Below, piece by piece: positions 48,868 through 59,678 of a stretch of DNA of 64,000 bases. The position numbers and the translations under genes were made by a program. The number at the start of each line of letters is the position of its first letter. Position 1 is the stretch's first letter. Origin of the DNA: Nitrospira sp. (lineage in GTDB: Bacteria > Nitrospirota > Nitrospiria > Nitrospirales > Nitrospiraceae); the NCBI GenBank assembly GCA_047150005.1, contig AP038806.1, forward strand, positions 3,648,001 through 3,712,000. The letters run 5' to 3'. The notes below the pieces were generated by a model that ran no database searches, had not been told where the DNA came from, and was given only the letters and a program-made list of their open reading frames with translations.

Positions 48868-49461
48868 ATGGAGCAGAAGCGAGGCGCGCCCCATTTCAAA
48901 CCATACACGCTGTACAGCGATTTCAATTGTCCGTTCTGTTATGCCTTGCACGAGCGGCTCCACGGTATGAAGCTGATCGACCTGGTTGCTTGGCGGGGCG
49001 TTCAGCACGCTCCCTGTCTGCCGAGTCCCCTGCGGAGATGGGAGGGAGTCTTGAGGGCCGAGTTACGGCATGAAGTGGCAGTCGTGAAGCGGCTGGCCCC
49101 TGAGCTGCCTATTGAGCCGCCGAACGGCAAGCCCAATACCAAACTGGCCATCGATCGTGCCGCGTCGCTGCTGTCCCTCGACGTGTCCCATGGAATGGAA
49201 TTTGTTCGCCGTGTCTATGCCGCATTCTGGCGCGATGGGGCGGATATTTCGGATCAAGAGGTCTTGGATCCGCTGGTTGGGCAATACGCCGATGCGGAAA
49301 TCCTCCGGAGCCCGGCAGAAAGCACTCGGCCGATCGTACACGAATGGGAGGAGCGCTGGCATGCGACGGGACAGGCCGGTGTCCCGCTTCTCGTGTCGTC
49401 CGACGATCGGCTGCTCGCCGGTTGCGTACCGGCGGAGCAGATCGAGAGGTTCTTTGGGTAG
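48868..49461 (+). CDS. DsbA/FrnE-like thioredoxin-fold protein
   Basis: YSDFNCPFCY, GVP. Confidence 0.8.
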   Translation: MEQKRGAPHFKPYTLYSDFNCPFCYALHERLHGMKLIDLVAWRGVQHAPCLPSPLRRWEGVLRAELRHEVAVVKRLAPELPIEPPNGKPNTKLAIDRAASLLSLDVSHGMEFVRRVYAAFWRDGADISDQEVLDPLVGQYADAEILRSPAESTRPIVHEWEERWHATGQAGVPLLVSSDDRLLAGCVPAEQIERFFG

Positions 49462-49489
49462 AGGCAGCTCCGACTCGCAACGCAAAGCG

Positions 49490-49939
49490 ATGGTCGCCAC
49501 GGCCGAGGCTCTTGCGACCTTGCTCGATTCAGCCCTGAAGATTCCCGGGACGCCGTGGTATCTCGGCTTGGATCCGATCATCGGATTGATTCCCGGCATC
49601 GGTGATCTGCTCGCCAATCTGATCGGCATCACCATTCTAGGGCTCGCGGCGCGTCTTCAAGTACCGCGCATCGTACTGGCGAGGATGAGCCTTAATCTGA
49701 TGATCAACGGAGCAATCGGCTCGATTCCGCTTGTGGGGGATCTCTTTTCGGTGTGGTTCCGTAGTCACGCCAGAAATGCGCGTTTGCTGCGGCAGGCGGC
49801 GACTCAACCGTCACGGGCGACCGGAGGAGACTGGTTCTACGTGGCCTCCATCATCGCGGCCACATCGGCGCTGCTGATACTCGCCATCGTCCTGGTGGCA
49901 TGGGGCCTCATGAAGATCTGGCAGGCGGTTGCATACTGA
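49490..49939 (+). CDS. DUF4112 membrane protein
   Basis: LDSALKIPG..GLDPIIGLIPGIGD, IPLVGDLF; start uncertain. Confidence 0.8.
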   Translation: MVATAEALATLLDSALKIPGTPWYLGLDPIIGLIPGIGDLLANLIGITILGLAARLQVPRIVLARMSLNLMINGAIGSIPLVGDLFSVWFRSHARNARLLRQAATQPSRATGGDWFYVASIIAATSALLILAIVLVAWGLMKIWQAVAY

Positions 49940-50031
49940 CCTTCCGAGAACGGTGTCCAACTGCCGGCCGGCGATAGGTCGACCGTTCGAAGGAGATCCA
50001 GAGTACCCGTGACGTCCTTGTCAGGACCTTG

Positions 50032-50451
50032 TCACGACGCCACGAACTTGAGCGCAACCCCGTTGATACAGTAGCGCAAGCCGGTCGGTTTCGGACCATC
50101 TTTGAATACATGACCCTGATGGCCCTCGCACCGTGCGCAATGGATTTCCGTGCGAGGAAAGATCAGCTTGAAATCGGTCGTCGTTTCGATCACCTTCGGA
50201 TCGATCGGTTGCCAAAAACTCGGCCAGCCGGTTCCGCTGTCGAATTTGTGATCGGAAGAAAACAGCGGGAGGTCGCAACCGGCGCAGTAGTAGACACCGG
50301 CTTGATGGTTCTCATGCAACGGATTGACGAAGGGCCGCTCGGTATCTTCATGCCGGAGAACCCGATAGGCTTCCGTCGGAAGGAGTTTTTTCCACTCTTC
50401 GTCCGTTTTGATGACTTTGACGATCGGCCCGATCTCGATCTTTGTCGGCAT
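50032..50451 (-). CDS. msrB: Peptide-methionine (R)-S-oxide reductase
   Basis: KFDSGTGWPSF, GHVFKDGP, RYCING; SD AAGGAG. Confidence 0.95.
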   Translation of the reverse strand: MPTKIEIGPIVKVIKTDEEWKKLLPTEAYRVLRHEDTERPFVNPLHENHQAGVYYCAGCDLPLFSSDHKFDSGTGWPSFWQPIDPKVIETTTDFKLIFPRTEIHCARCEGHQGHVFKDGPKPTGLRYCINGVALKFVAS

Positions 50452-50551
50452 AGCGATCTCCTTTGTCATTCGGTATTCCCAGTGAAGTGTCGCCTGGGCG
50501 ACAAGATCCTTACATAGCGCCCGGCCCGGAACAAGGGGTGAGCCGGTCAAC

Positions 50552-52951
50552 TCACTCCCTTGCCCTGGCCGAAGACGGAACGGAAGGAGCGGACAAGGAA
50601 TCGCCTTGGGCGGCCGACTCGTGACCAAATGCTGCCGGCAGCACTTCTTCGATCCGCTCGACCGGAATGAACGTCAGATCGTCGCGAACCTCCTGGGGAA
50701 CCTCTTTGAGATCCTTTTCATTGGCCTTCGGAAGAATGATCCTCCGGATGCCGGCTCGATGCGCAGCCAATACCTTTTCCTTGATGCCGCCGACCGGCAA
50801 TACCAGTCCGCTCAGGCTGATTTCCCCGGTCATGGCCGTGTCACTCCGCACCGGCTTGCCCACGTAGGACGAGGCCAGTGCGGTCGCCATCGTGATGCCG
50901 GCCGAAGGACCGTCCTTCGGAATGGCTCCGGACGGCACGTGCACATGCACTCCGTTCCGCTTGAATCGTGAGATGTCGAGTCCCATGCCTTCCGCATGCG
51001 ACCAGAGATAGCTGCGAGCGGCACGAGCCGATTCCTGCATCACGTCGCCCAACTGACCGGTCAGGGTCAATTCATGACTGCCGGGCAACAACGTCGTTTC
51101 GATGTACAGCACATCGCCGCCCGTCGGCGTCCAGGCCAGGCCCGTCGCCACCCCTATCGGGATATTCTTCCGAGCTTCCTCAGGCATGAACCGTTCCGAA
51201 CCCAGCCATTCCGGAAGCAACGCCGTCTCCACCGTGACCGGCTCACGCGGCGCGTCGGCGGGCAGGTCGGCGAAGGTCAGCGCTACCTTGCGGGTGAGCC
51301 GCCCGAGCATCTGCTCAAGTTGACGCACTCCGGCTTCTCTCGTATAGCGCGCTATGATGTGATCGAGCACGCCGTCCGGCAGCAATACTTGTTGCTGGTC
51401 GAGTCCGGCTTCCTTAAGCCGTCTCGGCCACAGATAACGGCGGGCGATTTCCGCCTTCTCCCGTTCGCTGTAGCCCTGGACCCGGATGATCTCCATCCGA
51501 TCGAGCAACGGCTGGCTGATCGTATCCAGCGTGTTCGCCGTCGTGATGAAGAACACCTGCGACAGATCGAACGGCAGGTCCAGATAGTGATCGCGAAACG
51601 TATGGTTCTGAGCCGGATCCAGGATCTCCAACAGCGCCGCCGCCGGGTCACCCCGGAAATCGCGCCCCATCTTGTCCACCTCGTCCAGCATCAGTACCGG
51701 ATTCTTGACGCCGGCGCGCCGCATCGCCTGGATGATCCGTCCGGGCAATGCCCCCACGTAAGTCCGGCGATGGCCGCGCAACTCCGCTTCGTCGTGAATG
51801 CCGCCGAGGCTGAACCGTTCGAAGGTCCTTCCCATGGCGCGCGCGATCGATTGGCCCAAGCTCGTCTTGCCTACGCCGGGAGGACCGACGAGGCAGAGAA
51901 TCGGAGCTTTGGCGGAGGGATTCAACTTCAACACCGCCAAGTGCTCGACGATACGCTCCTTGACCTCTTTGATGCCGTAATGGTCCTCTTCCAGGACTTG
52001 CCGTACCTTGGCCAGCTCGAGACGTTCTTCGGAGACCTTGGTCCACGGCAATTCCAGCACGAGATCCAGGTAGGTCCGGAGCACCTGGTGGTCCGGTGAC
52101 GAGGAGGGAACCTTGGCCAGACGGGCCACTTCGCGGTCGACCTCCTTCCGCACGTGCTCGGGGAGCTCCGCTTCTTGGATCCGCTTCTTGAGATCACTCA
52201 ACTCGCTCTCGTCACCCTCGCCCTCTCCGAGTTCCTGTTGGATGGCCTTCAGCTGCTCCCGAAGGATGTACTCCCGCTGATTCTTCCCGATCTTCGCCTG
52301 CGCGTCGCTCGCGATCTTGTCCCGCAGTTGAAGAATTTGGATCTCCTTCGAAAGCGCGGCGTACAGCGACCGGAGCAATTCGATCGTGGACGAACTTTCC
52401 AACAAGGTTTGCTCTTCCTTGACGGTCAGGTTGAGCAGCGACGCCACGCGATAGGCCAGCGTCGCCGGATTCTCCTCTTTGCGGAACGCCGCTGCTGCTT
52501 CCTCGATTCCGGGGGCTTGAATCACGCGCGGCAGATCCGTGAGCAATTCCTGAACGGCGCGTTGGATGGCCTGCACCTCCCGATCCTGATCGCTCGAGAG
52601 TTCCAGGCGGCGTGCCTGGACACGCAGGAAGGGAACGGTCTGGTCGGCCTTGAGCAAGGCCACCCGTTCGATGCCCTGGACGAGGGCGTGGATGGTACCG
52701 TCCTCGGCATTGGCGATCTGCTTCACAATGGCTTTGGTCCCGATCGTATAGAGATCCTCGAGTCCGGGATTCTCGGTCGACGGATCGCGCTGGGCGACTA
52801 CGAGAATCATCTTCTCTTCGGTCTTCAGCGCGGCATTGACCGCTGCGACGGATCGCTCGCGCCCCACGGTCACTGGCATGAGAATTCCGGGAAACAATAC
52901 CGTCCGCTTAATCGGGAGAACCGGCAACGTCAGGGTCAATGTCGTGGTCAT
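50552..52951 (-). CDS. lon: Lon protease
   Basis: GPPGVGKTS, GHRRTYVGA, PKDGPSAG, GGIKEK. Confidence 0.96.
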   Translation of the reverse strand: MTTTLTLTLPVLPIKRTVLFPGILMPVTVGRERSVAAVNAALKTEEKMILVVAQRDPSTENPGLEDLYTIGTKAIVKQIANAEDGTIHALVQGIERVALLKADQTVPFLRVQARRLELSSDQDREVQAIQRAVQELLTDLPRVIQAPGIEEAAAAFRKEENPATLAYRVASLLNLTVKEEQTLLESSSTIELLRSLYAALSKEIQILQLRDKIASDAQAKIGKNQREYILREQLKAIQQELGEGEGDESELSDLKKRIQEAELPEHVRKEVDREVARLAKVPSSSPDHQVLRTYLDLVLELPWTKVSEERLELAKVRQVLEEDHYGIKEVKERIVEHLAVLKLNPSAKAPILCLVGPPGVGKTSLGQSIARAMGRTFERFSLGGIHDEAELRGHRRTYVGALPGRIIQAMRRAGVKNPVLMLDEVDKMGRDFRGDPAAALLEILDPAQNHTFRDHYLDLPFDLSQVFFITTANTLDTISQPLLDRMEIIRVQGYSEREKAEIARRYLWPRRLKEAGLDQQQVLLPDGVLDHIIARYTREAGVRQLEQMLGRLTRKVALTFADLPADAPREPVTVETALLPEWLGSERFMPEEARKNIPIGVATGLAWTPTGGDVLYIETTLLPGSHELTLTGQLGDVMQESARAARSYLWSHAEGMGLDISRFKRNGVHVHVPSGAIPKDGPSAGITMATALASSYVGKPVRSDTAMTGEISLSGLVLPVGGIKEKVLAAHRAGIRRIILPKANEKDLKEVPQEVRDDLTFIPVERIEEVLPAAFGHESAAQGDSLSAPSVPSSARARE

Positions 52952-53066
52952 TGAAATGCCCTCCGCTTTCGAGTGAGCAGACAAGGTTGCATGGCTGCAG
53001 ATAGGGCCTGGCAACGGAAAGTCAACAAGCGGGATGTACTGAAGCAGGGTGGATCATTAACACTGT

Positions 53067-55118
53067 CTAACGATCGACGAAGAGACCGCCATTGTGCGGA
53101 TAGATCACCACCTTGGCGTTGTCCGGTCGCTGGTCCGGAGCGGGGCTTGCTTCGGATGGCAACCGATAGGTGTCGATGCCTCCCAAATCGTAAAAGGCGC
53201 TTACGCTCTTATCATTGGCTCGACCGAAGCCTCCTTTGACGCCGTATTGATCGTTGCCGCCTTCATCGATGAAGAGTCCCCATCCGGAATGGTCTGCGCT
53301 CCCGAGTCCGGTCGATCGATCGAACAGGTACTGGTCTCTGCCTTTGTCGCTGTCGATCATCAGACCGACGGCATGGTCCCACGCCACGCCTCCGTTGTAG
53401 AACGGTCCACTCGATCCGTAGTGATCGTCGCCCCGTCGGTCATTGAAAAGGCCGACCCCGTAATGCGCGGACGAGCCGTGCCCGTACCGCGCGGCGTGAT
53501 ACTCATCGTTCCCGGCGAGATCCAAAAGAACGCCGGCCCCGAAGAAATATCCGTGCCCCTGTGAGAAATTGGCGCTTTCATAGTGGTCCGATCCCGCGAC
53601 GTCGACCAGGAGGCCCCAGCCTCCCGCCGAACTGTAGGCTTGTCGATCGGGTCGCCGGCTCAATACTCTGCCGCCGGATCCCGTTCCGAGTCCGAAGCAG
53701 TCGTATTGAAACATCGGGTCGCCCGGTTTACCGTTAGGGGCCTCTTCTGCATTGTAGGCGCTGGGGTATTTCCCTCCACATTGATAGCGGTCGTCTCCCT
53801 GCACATCGATGACCGCGCCGATTCCGGATGGCCCTCCGAACCCGATTGCAAACGCATGGCTCGTATACCGATCGTTGCCCGCCATGTCGAGCAACAGCCC
53901 CAACCCATGAACGGCCGCTCCCTGGGTCATTCTGGTTCCGACATAGCCGTCGTTGCCCTTGGCATCGAACAGAATTCCGATTCCCGCGAAGCCGGTTCCA
54001 CCGGAGCCCTGCTCGAGCTGATAGGCATCGTCGCCGGCCAGGTCGATCAGCAGTCCCACCCCGAGCCGTCCGACGGCCAACCCGAAGGCACGGCCCTCGT
54101 ATCGATCGTTTCCCGCGACGTCGATCACGACGGCGTTGCCATGGTCCGGATCCGTCGAGGCGGCGATCATGCCGCTGTAGCGATCATCGCCACCGAGATC
54201 GATGACCAGACCGAACCTTGCATCCAACTCATAGGTGTTCGCGCCGAACCCTCCGATCACAATAAGCCCGTAGGAACTCTTCTCGACATAGAGCACGTCG
54301 CCCGTCACGCCGTGCGGAACCTTCTCCTGAGGCAGCGGACGCGATAATGTCCGGGCGAGTTGATGGAGCCAACGCTCATTCGCCAGACGGGCCAGCACCT
54401 GGGCGGCGGCGATGAGATTGGCGTGATCGACACGTTCCTCGATCAATTCCGCGAAGCGCGCGTCATCCTTAAGGGAGGACATGGCCTGCTCGGTCGGATT
54501 GGACACCTGAGGGGTGAACCGTTCGACCAACCGTGACGCGTGGTTGAAAAGAAACGCGCGCTCATCCTCGGTGAGTTCGTTCAACGCCTTGTCACGATGC
54601 TGGGAAGCTTCGGCCAAACTCTCCACCATGAAGGCGATCGCGGCCCCTACCTGGGAGCCGGTCGGCAACGCGATCGCTCTGTGGAACGTCGACGTCCGAT
54701 CCATTCCTGCCTCAAGCACGTCCAGTACGCCGGGGAGATTCACGGCGCCGCCTTCGGCGAGCTCGGCCGCCAACAGCCCATGACCTTCGAGATTGGCAAT
54801 GCCGTCCCACGGTTGTCTCAACGCATCGAGGATCAACCGTCGTTTGAACCGAGCTGGCACGGACTCTCCCGATACGGCCGGCGCGGCACCGTCGCGCTGC
54901 ATCTGTTCAGGCAATCCTTGCACGTCGGGACGGACGGACGGCATGAGGCGCTCGACCACCGACTCCCGCAACGGGCTTCGCGGTTTCGCAGCCGACGCGG
55001 GGGAAAGCATGGACACCATCCCCTGGATCATACCGCAGCCGGAGAGCACCGGCAGCAGGCAAATAACCAAGAGGGTCCGAAACCGCCTGCTTCGACGACG
55101 AATGGGAGCATTAGCCAT
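53067..55118 (-). CDS. Lipoprotein with repeated LxDxxGxDxY motifs
   Basis: Lipobox LSGC; ~10 DxxGxDxY repeats. Confidence 0.75.
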   Translation of the reverse strand: MANAPIRRRSRRFRTLLVICLLPVLSGCGMIQGMVSMLSPASAAKPRSPLRESVVERLMPSVRPDVQGLPEQMQRDGAAPAVSGESVPARFKRRLILDALRQPWDGIANLEGHGLLAAELAEGGAVNLPGVLDVLEAGMDRTSTFHRAIALPTGSQVGAAIAFMVESLAEASQHRDKALNELTEDERAFLFNHASRLVERFTPQVSNPTEQAMSSLKDDARFAELIEERVDHANLIAAAQVLARLANERWLHQLARTLSRPLPQEKVPHGVTGDVLYVEKSSYGLIVIGGFGANTYELDARFGLVIDLGGDDRYSGMIAASTDPDHGNAVVIDVAGNDRYEGRAFGLAVGRLGVGLLIDLAGDDAYQLEQGSGGTGFAGIGILFDAKGNDGYVGTRMTQGAAVHGLGLLLDMAGNDRYTSHAFAIGFGGPSGIGAVIDVQGDDRYQCGGKYPSAYNAEEAPNGKPGDPMFQYDCFGLGTGSGGRVLSRRPDRQAYSSAGGWGLLVDVAGSDHYESANFSQGHGYFFGAGVLLDLAGNDEYHAARYGHGSSAHYGVGLFNDRRGDDHYGSSGPFYNGGVAWDHAVGLMIDSDKGRDQYLFDRSTGLGSADHSGWGLFIDEGGNDQYGVKGGFGRANDKSVSAFYDLGGIDTYRLPSEASPAPDQRPDNAKVVIYPHNGGLFVDR

Positions 55119-56295
55119 GGAGGTTAACGGACCCTGCATTCCTACGCATCGAGCCTTCGACGATCTTGAACTCATACAGTCGGCACTCGAGAGGGCCATT
55201 ATAAAGAGGGATGCGCCGGGAAGGGCGCAACCCGATCGACTGTTTCAGTCGGGAATCGCCGGTGAAGACATGGACTCGCCAGCCGGCCCATCGCTGCTTG
55301 AGCCGGTCGCCGATCCCGGCATACAGGGCATCCGACCTTTCAGAATGAGCGAGCCGCACTCCGTACGGAGGATTGACGAGCATGACCCCGTGAGAAGCCG
55401 GCGGCTCGAGCGCCAGGAAGTCCCGCTGCCTCACCTTGATATCGATATCTGTGGCCATCCCGGCGGCGTGAAAGAGGCGCCGCGCAATCTGAAGTGCCTG
55501 CTCGTTCTTGTCGGAAGCATAAATGGACAGGGGCGCCGCCGCCAGTTGCCGTGCGCTGGCTGCCTCCCGGATTTTGCTCCATCGCGCTGGATCGTGAGGC
55601 AGAAGCCGTTCGAACGCGAAGGTACGTCTGATGCCGGGAGCGATTCGTCTCGCCATCAGCGCGGCCTCCAAGGGAATCGTCCCGCCGCCGCACATCGGAT
55701 CCACGAACGGCTGTCCAGGCATCCAGCCGCTTAAGAGCACCATGCCGGCCGCCAGATTCTCCCGTATAGGCGCCTCGATCTGGGCAAGCCGATATCCTCG
55801 TTTGAACAATGGTTCCCCCGAGGTATCGAGGTAGAACGTCACCGACTCGGCATCGAGAAACGCGTCGATCCGGACATCCGGTTGGTGCGTGTCGACGCTT
55901 GGCCGTCGGCGACGGACGGCCATGAATTTGTCGCACACGGCATCCTTGATTCGAAGCGTGAGAAAATTCAAGCTGGCAAGCTGACAGCGGCGCGCGCTGA
56001 CTTTCACGCGGATCGTTCGGCCGGGGTCGAACCAATCCGGCCACGCGAGTGCATGGGCGCTGCGATAGACGTCGGCTTCCGTGCGATAGCGCGCGCGTCC
56101 CACTTCCCACAGCACGCGGTTGGCGACACGGCTTTCCAGATTCACGTGATAAAGCGCGTCCCACGGCCCGGTAAACGCGACTCCGCCCTCGGTCGGTTCG
56201 GCCGAGTCGATCCCGACACCGTCGATCTCCTGCTCCAAGACCCCTTCAAGACCACGGGGGCAGGGTGAAAAGAACCGGTGTTTTGTGCTATCCAT
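55111..56295 (-). CDS. THUMP-domain rRNA m2G methyltransferase (RlmL-like)
   Basis: DTSGEPLFKRGYR, APIRENLA, DPMCGGGT, NPPYG. Confidence 0.9.
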   Translation of the reverse strand: MDSTKHRFFSPCPRGLEGVLEQEIDGVGIDSAEPTEGGVAFTGPWDALYHVNLESRVANRVLWEVGRARYRTEADVYRSAHALAWPDWFDPGRTIRVKVSARRCQLASLNFLTLRIKDAVCDKFMAVRRRRPSVDTHQPDVRIDAFLDAESVTFYLDTSGEPLFKRGYRLAQIEAPIRENLAAGMVLLSGWMPGQPFVDPMCGGGTIPLEAALMARRIAPGIRRTFAFERLLPHDPARWSKIREAASARQLAAAPLSIYASDKNEQALQIARRLFHAAGMATDIDIKVRQRDFLALEPPASHGVMLVNPPYGVRLAHSERSDALYAGIGDRLKQRWAGWRVHVFTGDSRLKQSIGLRPSRRIPLYNGPLECRLYEFKIVEGSMRRNAGSVNLHG

Positions 56296-56349
56296 CTCTT
56301 GCGTCCCGCATCACTTGCTCGGCCTTTGTGCTCCACAGGGCTCGATCCC

Positions 56350-56916
56350 ATGAACTTCTGCAGCGCCTGCGGCCACCCTGTCTCCCAAAAGATTCCTGCG
56401 GGAGACAACATGCTGCGGTTCGTCTGCAGCTCCTGCACCGTCATCCATTATCATAATCCCAAGGTTGTCGCAGGCTGTATCCCCGAATGGAATGACCGGA
56501 TCTTGCTCTGCCGCCGGGCGATTGAGCCCAAGTCCGGTCTCTGGACTTTTCCCGCCGGTTTTATGGAGATCGGGGAAAGCACGGAACAGGCGGCCATCCG
56601 TGAAACGGTCGAAGAAGCACAAGCAGAGGTGGCCCTCACCGGGCTCCACTCCGTGCTCAGCCTGCCGCACATCGGCCAGGTGTATCTGGTATTCATCGGA
56701 AAAATGCGATCGGAGCAGTTCGGAGCCGGAGCGGAAAGTCTTGAATCGCGGCTGTTTCACCCCTCGGAGATTCCTTGGGACTACATCGCGTTCACGGTCG
56801 TTAAGGAAGCATTGCGGCGCTACGTCGAGGACCTGGGAAAAGGTGAAATGAGGCTACACGTCGCGACGATTCCCGGAGCTTTGGTCAAGCCGACGCAAGA
56901 AGACGGTCGTTCATAG
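56350..56916 (+). CDS. NUDIX hydrolase with N-terminal Zn ribbon
   Basis: FCSACG..CSSC, GFMEIGES..AAIRETVEEA. Confidence 0.9.
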   Translation: MNFCSACGHPVSQKIPAGDNMLRFVCSSCTVIHYHNPKVVAGCIPEWNDRILLCRRAIEPKSGLWTFPAGFMEIGESTEQAAIRETVEEAQAEVALTGLHSVLSLPHIGQVYLVFIGKMRSEQFGAGAESLESRLFHPSEIPWDYIAFTVVKEALRRYVEDLGKGEMRLHVATIPGALVKPTQEDGRS

Positions 56917-57174
56917 CGACAACGAGGATCGGCGTACGATCGCGTGGATGTCGACCAGTTGGCCGGCGCGGTCGAGTGCATAAAAAATCCGCCATTCGCC
57001 CACCGCGTACTTGCAGAGACCGGGAAAATCCGGGGCCGCAGGCTCATGTCGCAGGTTATCGACATTCGACGCAATCCACTTGGTCTTCTCGAACAACCGT
57101 TGAGCCGCCGGTATCTCGATCGCCGCAAGATCGTCGACGACCGCAGGCTGGAACGACAGGCGATACCAGGGCAT
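56911..57174 (-). CDS. RelE/ParE-family toxin
   Basis: YRLSF..DDLAAI, VGEWRIFY. Confidence 0.7.
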   Translation of the reverse strand: MPWYRLSFQPAVVDDLAAIEIPAAQRLFEKTKWIASNVDNLRHEPAAPDFPGLCKYAVGEWRIFYALDRAGQLVDIHAIVRRSSLSL

Positions 57175-57180
57175 GGGCGC

Positions 57181-57384
57181 CTACCAGCGGAGGCCGAGCC
57201 TGCGCGCGACCTCTTCGCCGGACAAACGTTCGGTATTGACGAGCGACGCCTTGAGCCGAGTCCGCAACGTCTCACCCAATTGCAGGCCGAGATCCGGATC
57301 GCCGAGCAACTCCCGTAGCCGATCGTCGACGATACCGCAGACCAATTCCTTCAGTTGTTGCGGCGAAAGTGAACCGACGTCCAT
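57181..57384 (-). CDS. Putative antitoxin
   Basis: LGDPDLGLQL..SGEEVARRLGL; directly upstream of RelE-like gene. Confidence 0.65.
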   Translation of the reverse strand: MDVGSLSPQQLKELVCGIVDDRLRELLGDPDLGLQLGETLRTRLKASLVNTERLSGEEVARRLGLRW

Positions 57385-57433
57385 GCGGGAGAGGATACGA
57401 AGATCATCACGGGATTGCAACGGCGAAGGCGCG

Positions 57434-57760
57434 TCAACGGGGAGGGGCACCGGCCTCGAGCTGTTGAATGATACGGCTCAAGCGAGCTTCGTCCGGCTTG
57501 GCTACGACCAGAAACTCCATGCCGATTCCTTGCGACCCGCACCATCGAATGGCAGCGTTGTCGATCGTGATCGGTGCCGCCTCTCCCGGCATGTGCAGGA
57601 GCAGCGTCACCTGCATGCCGGTGAACGGACTCAACAGACTGTCGACTCGACAGCCCTTCGCCGAAAGGTCGCGGACCGCACCCTTGTGACGAAACTGATC
57701 TTTATGGACGAGCGTGCTGCTCAGCGAAACCGGATATCGTTTAAACTTGCGCGTCACCAT
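57434..57760 (-). CDS. PilZ-domain protein
   Basis: RKFKR (RxxxR) and DLSAKG (DxSxxG). Confidence 0.85.
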   Translation of the reverse strand: MVTRKFKRYPVSLSSTLVHKDQFRHKGAVRDLSAKGCRVDSLLSPFTGMQVTLLLHMPGEAAPITIDNAAIRWCGSQGIGMEFLVVAKPDEARLSRIIQQLEAGAPPR

Positions 57761-57927
57761 GAGGCATTCTCTCGTCCTGGGACAATTGGTCGGCGAATCA
57801 CCTGGTGGCAGCCCCTCTTGGGACCGGGCTGAGTCCTCATCGGCATTCAGCAAAGGCTAGACGCGACAGGCCGGATTGTCAAAATTTTTCGCGGTTCGAC
57901 CAGGCTTGGGATACCTATCGCGGACCA

Positions 57928-58404
57928 CTACCAGCGCCGCCCCCAGCGGCCATAGAATCTCGGCCCCCAATAGGGATGGTAGTAGTAGGGAGGTCCATAG
58001 ATCCACGGTCGGCCCAGGTAGAGGCCGAGCCCGACCGGCGGAAAGGCATAGGTGTATGTGTAGGGCGTCGGCACGAGCGTGGTCGTCTGCCGCTGTGAGA
58101 GCTGCCGCTGGAGGTCGGACGTCGCGGCGGCTTGCCGCTCGACTTGGCTCTTCAGTCCCGCTACCGCATCACGTTCAGCCTGCAGCTGCCCCTCCAACTT
58201 TTGGATTTGCTCCCGTTGCTGTTCGATGAACGCATTCATACAACGGGCTTGGGCCTGCTCGCTGTAGTTTGAGCATTCCCACGGCACCGACGTGTCGGCC
58301 GCGTAGGATGCAGCGGCAGTAAGAACCATGCCGAGTAGCCACCCGAATAGTCCTCCTCGCCGCAGGACATCGGAATGGCGGCCCATCACGTTCCTACAAT
58401 CCAC
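57928..58404 (-). CDS. Hypothetical secreted protein (coiled coil + Tyr/Pro-rich tail)
   Basis: Signal peptide; start uncertain. Confidence 0.65.
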   Translation of the reverse strand: MDCRNVMGRHSDVLRRGGLFGWLLGMVLTAAASYAADTSVPWECSNYSEQAQARCMNAFIEQQREQIQKLEGQLQAERDAVAGLKSQVERQAAATSDLQRQLSQRQTTTLVPTPYTYTYAFPPVGLGLYLGRPWIYGPPYYYHPYWGPRFYGRWGRRW

Positions 58405-58557
58405 GCTTCCTCCTTCGCGCCCTATCCACCTAATACCTTAACATGAGCCGGCGTCCCCAGCCACACCGCGACGCCGCTCTCATCACCCAACTAGTAGAGG
58501 ACGTCGTTTGATTTTGCAGGAGAGGGCCTCATACAATGCCGCCACGGAATACGATCC

Positions 58558-59277
58558 ATGACTCGCCGCACGACGCTCGCACGAGGACAATCCGCTAATC
58601 AAACCTCCAGGGTCAGTCGCAGCCTCAAGCGGCGATTTCAGCTGAGGCTCTTAAAGTGGTATGAGGCGAACGGGAGAGATCTGCCTTGGCGCAACACGGC
58701 GGATCCCTATCATATTCTCGTGTCGGAGGTCATGCTGCAACAGACCCAAGTCGATCGCGTGATCCCGAAATACTACGAGTTTCTCGATCGCTATCCCAGC
58801 TTCCAACATCTCGCCGAAGCGCCGGTAGGGGAGGTCAAGACGACCTGGTATCCCCTTGGATACAATATCAGGCCGGAACGGCTGCACAGCATCGCCTGCG
58901 AAACGGTTGCTCGATATGGCGGTAAACTGCCCAGCGCGGAGGAGGATCTGCTCTCCTTCAAAGGTATCGGACGCTATACGGCCGGAGCGATCAGATCGTT
59001 TGCATTCAACGAAGATGCACCGATCCTCGACACCAATGTCATGCGGGTTCTTCATCGGGTGTTCATCGCCAAGGGGAACCCCAAGACCGGTAAGTCCAAA
59101 CTCTGGGCCTTGTCGGAAGCATTGATCCCGAAAGGCAAGGGCTATGACTTCAATCAGGCATTGATGGACTTCGGCGCCACTTGTTGTACGTCAAGAAATC
59201 CGTCCTGCAGGCCCTGTCCGATGAGGTCGATCTGTAAGACCTATCCGTTCAGCGCCCACAAAACAAGGAACGCATGA
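58558..59277 (+). CDS. mutY: A/G-specific adenine glycosylase (short form)
   Basis: RDLPWR, SEVMLQQTQV, GIGRYTA, LDTNV.R, 4Fe-4S C-x6-C-x2-C-x5-C. Confidence 0.9.
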   Translation: MTRRTTLARGQSANQTSRVSRSLKRRFQLRLLKWYEANGRDLPWRNTADPYHILVSEVMLQQTQVDRVIPKYYEFLDRYPSFQHLAEAPVGEVKTTWYPLGYNIRPERLHSIACETVARYGGKLPSAEEDLLSFKGIGRYTAGAIRSFAFNEDAPILDTNVMRVLHRVFIAKGNPKTGKSKLWALSEALIPKGKGYDFNQALMDFGATCCTSRNPSCRPCPMRSICKTYPFSAHKTRNA

Positions 59278-59678
59278 AACTCATCGAAGTGGCGGCCGGC
59301 CTGATCTACGAAGATGGTCGATATTTGATCGCTAAGCGCAAGGCCGGGGTCCATTTGGGCGGCCTGTGGGAATTCCCCGGCGGCAAACGGGAGGAGGGGG
59401 AAACCCTGGAAGACTGTCTGAGGCGGGAACTTCTCGAGGAGTTGGGCATTCGCATCGACATACCCATTCCCTTCCGGATCATCAGACACGATTATCGGGA
59501 AAAGACCGTCGAGCTGCATTTCTTTCGATGCGCGATCGAGGCGGGTCGGCCCTCGCCCGTCGATTGCGCCGAGCTTCGCTGGGTCCATCCCTCCGAACTC
59601 GACGAATTCGAGTTCCCTCCAGCCGACCGACCGATCATTGAAGCGCTGCAATATCAGGGGGCGGGGTGGAGCCTATGA
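59274..59678 (+). CDS. mutT: 8-oxo-dGTP diphosphatase (MutT-like)
   Basis: WEFPGGK.E.GE..CLRRELLEELGI, FPPAD. Confidence 0.88.
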   Translation: MKLIEVAAGLIYEDGRYLIAKRKAGVHLGGLWEFPGGKREEGETLEDCLRRELLEELGIRIDIPIPFRIIRHDYREKTVELHFFRCAIEAGRPSPVDCAELRWVHPSELDEFEFPPADRPIIEALQYQGAGWSL

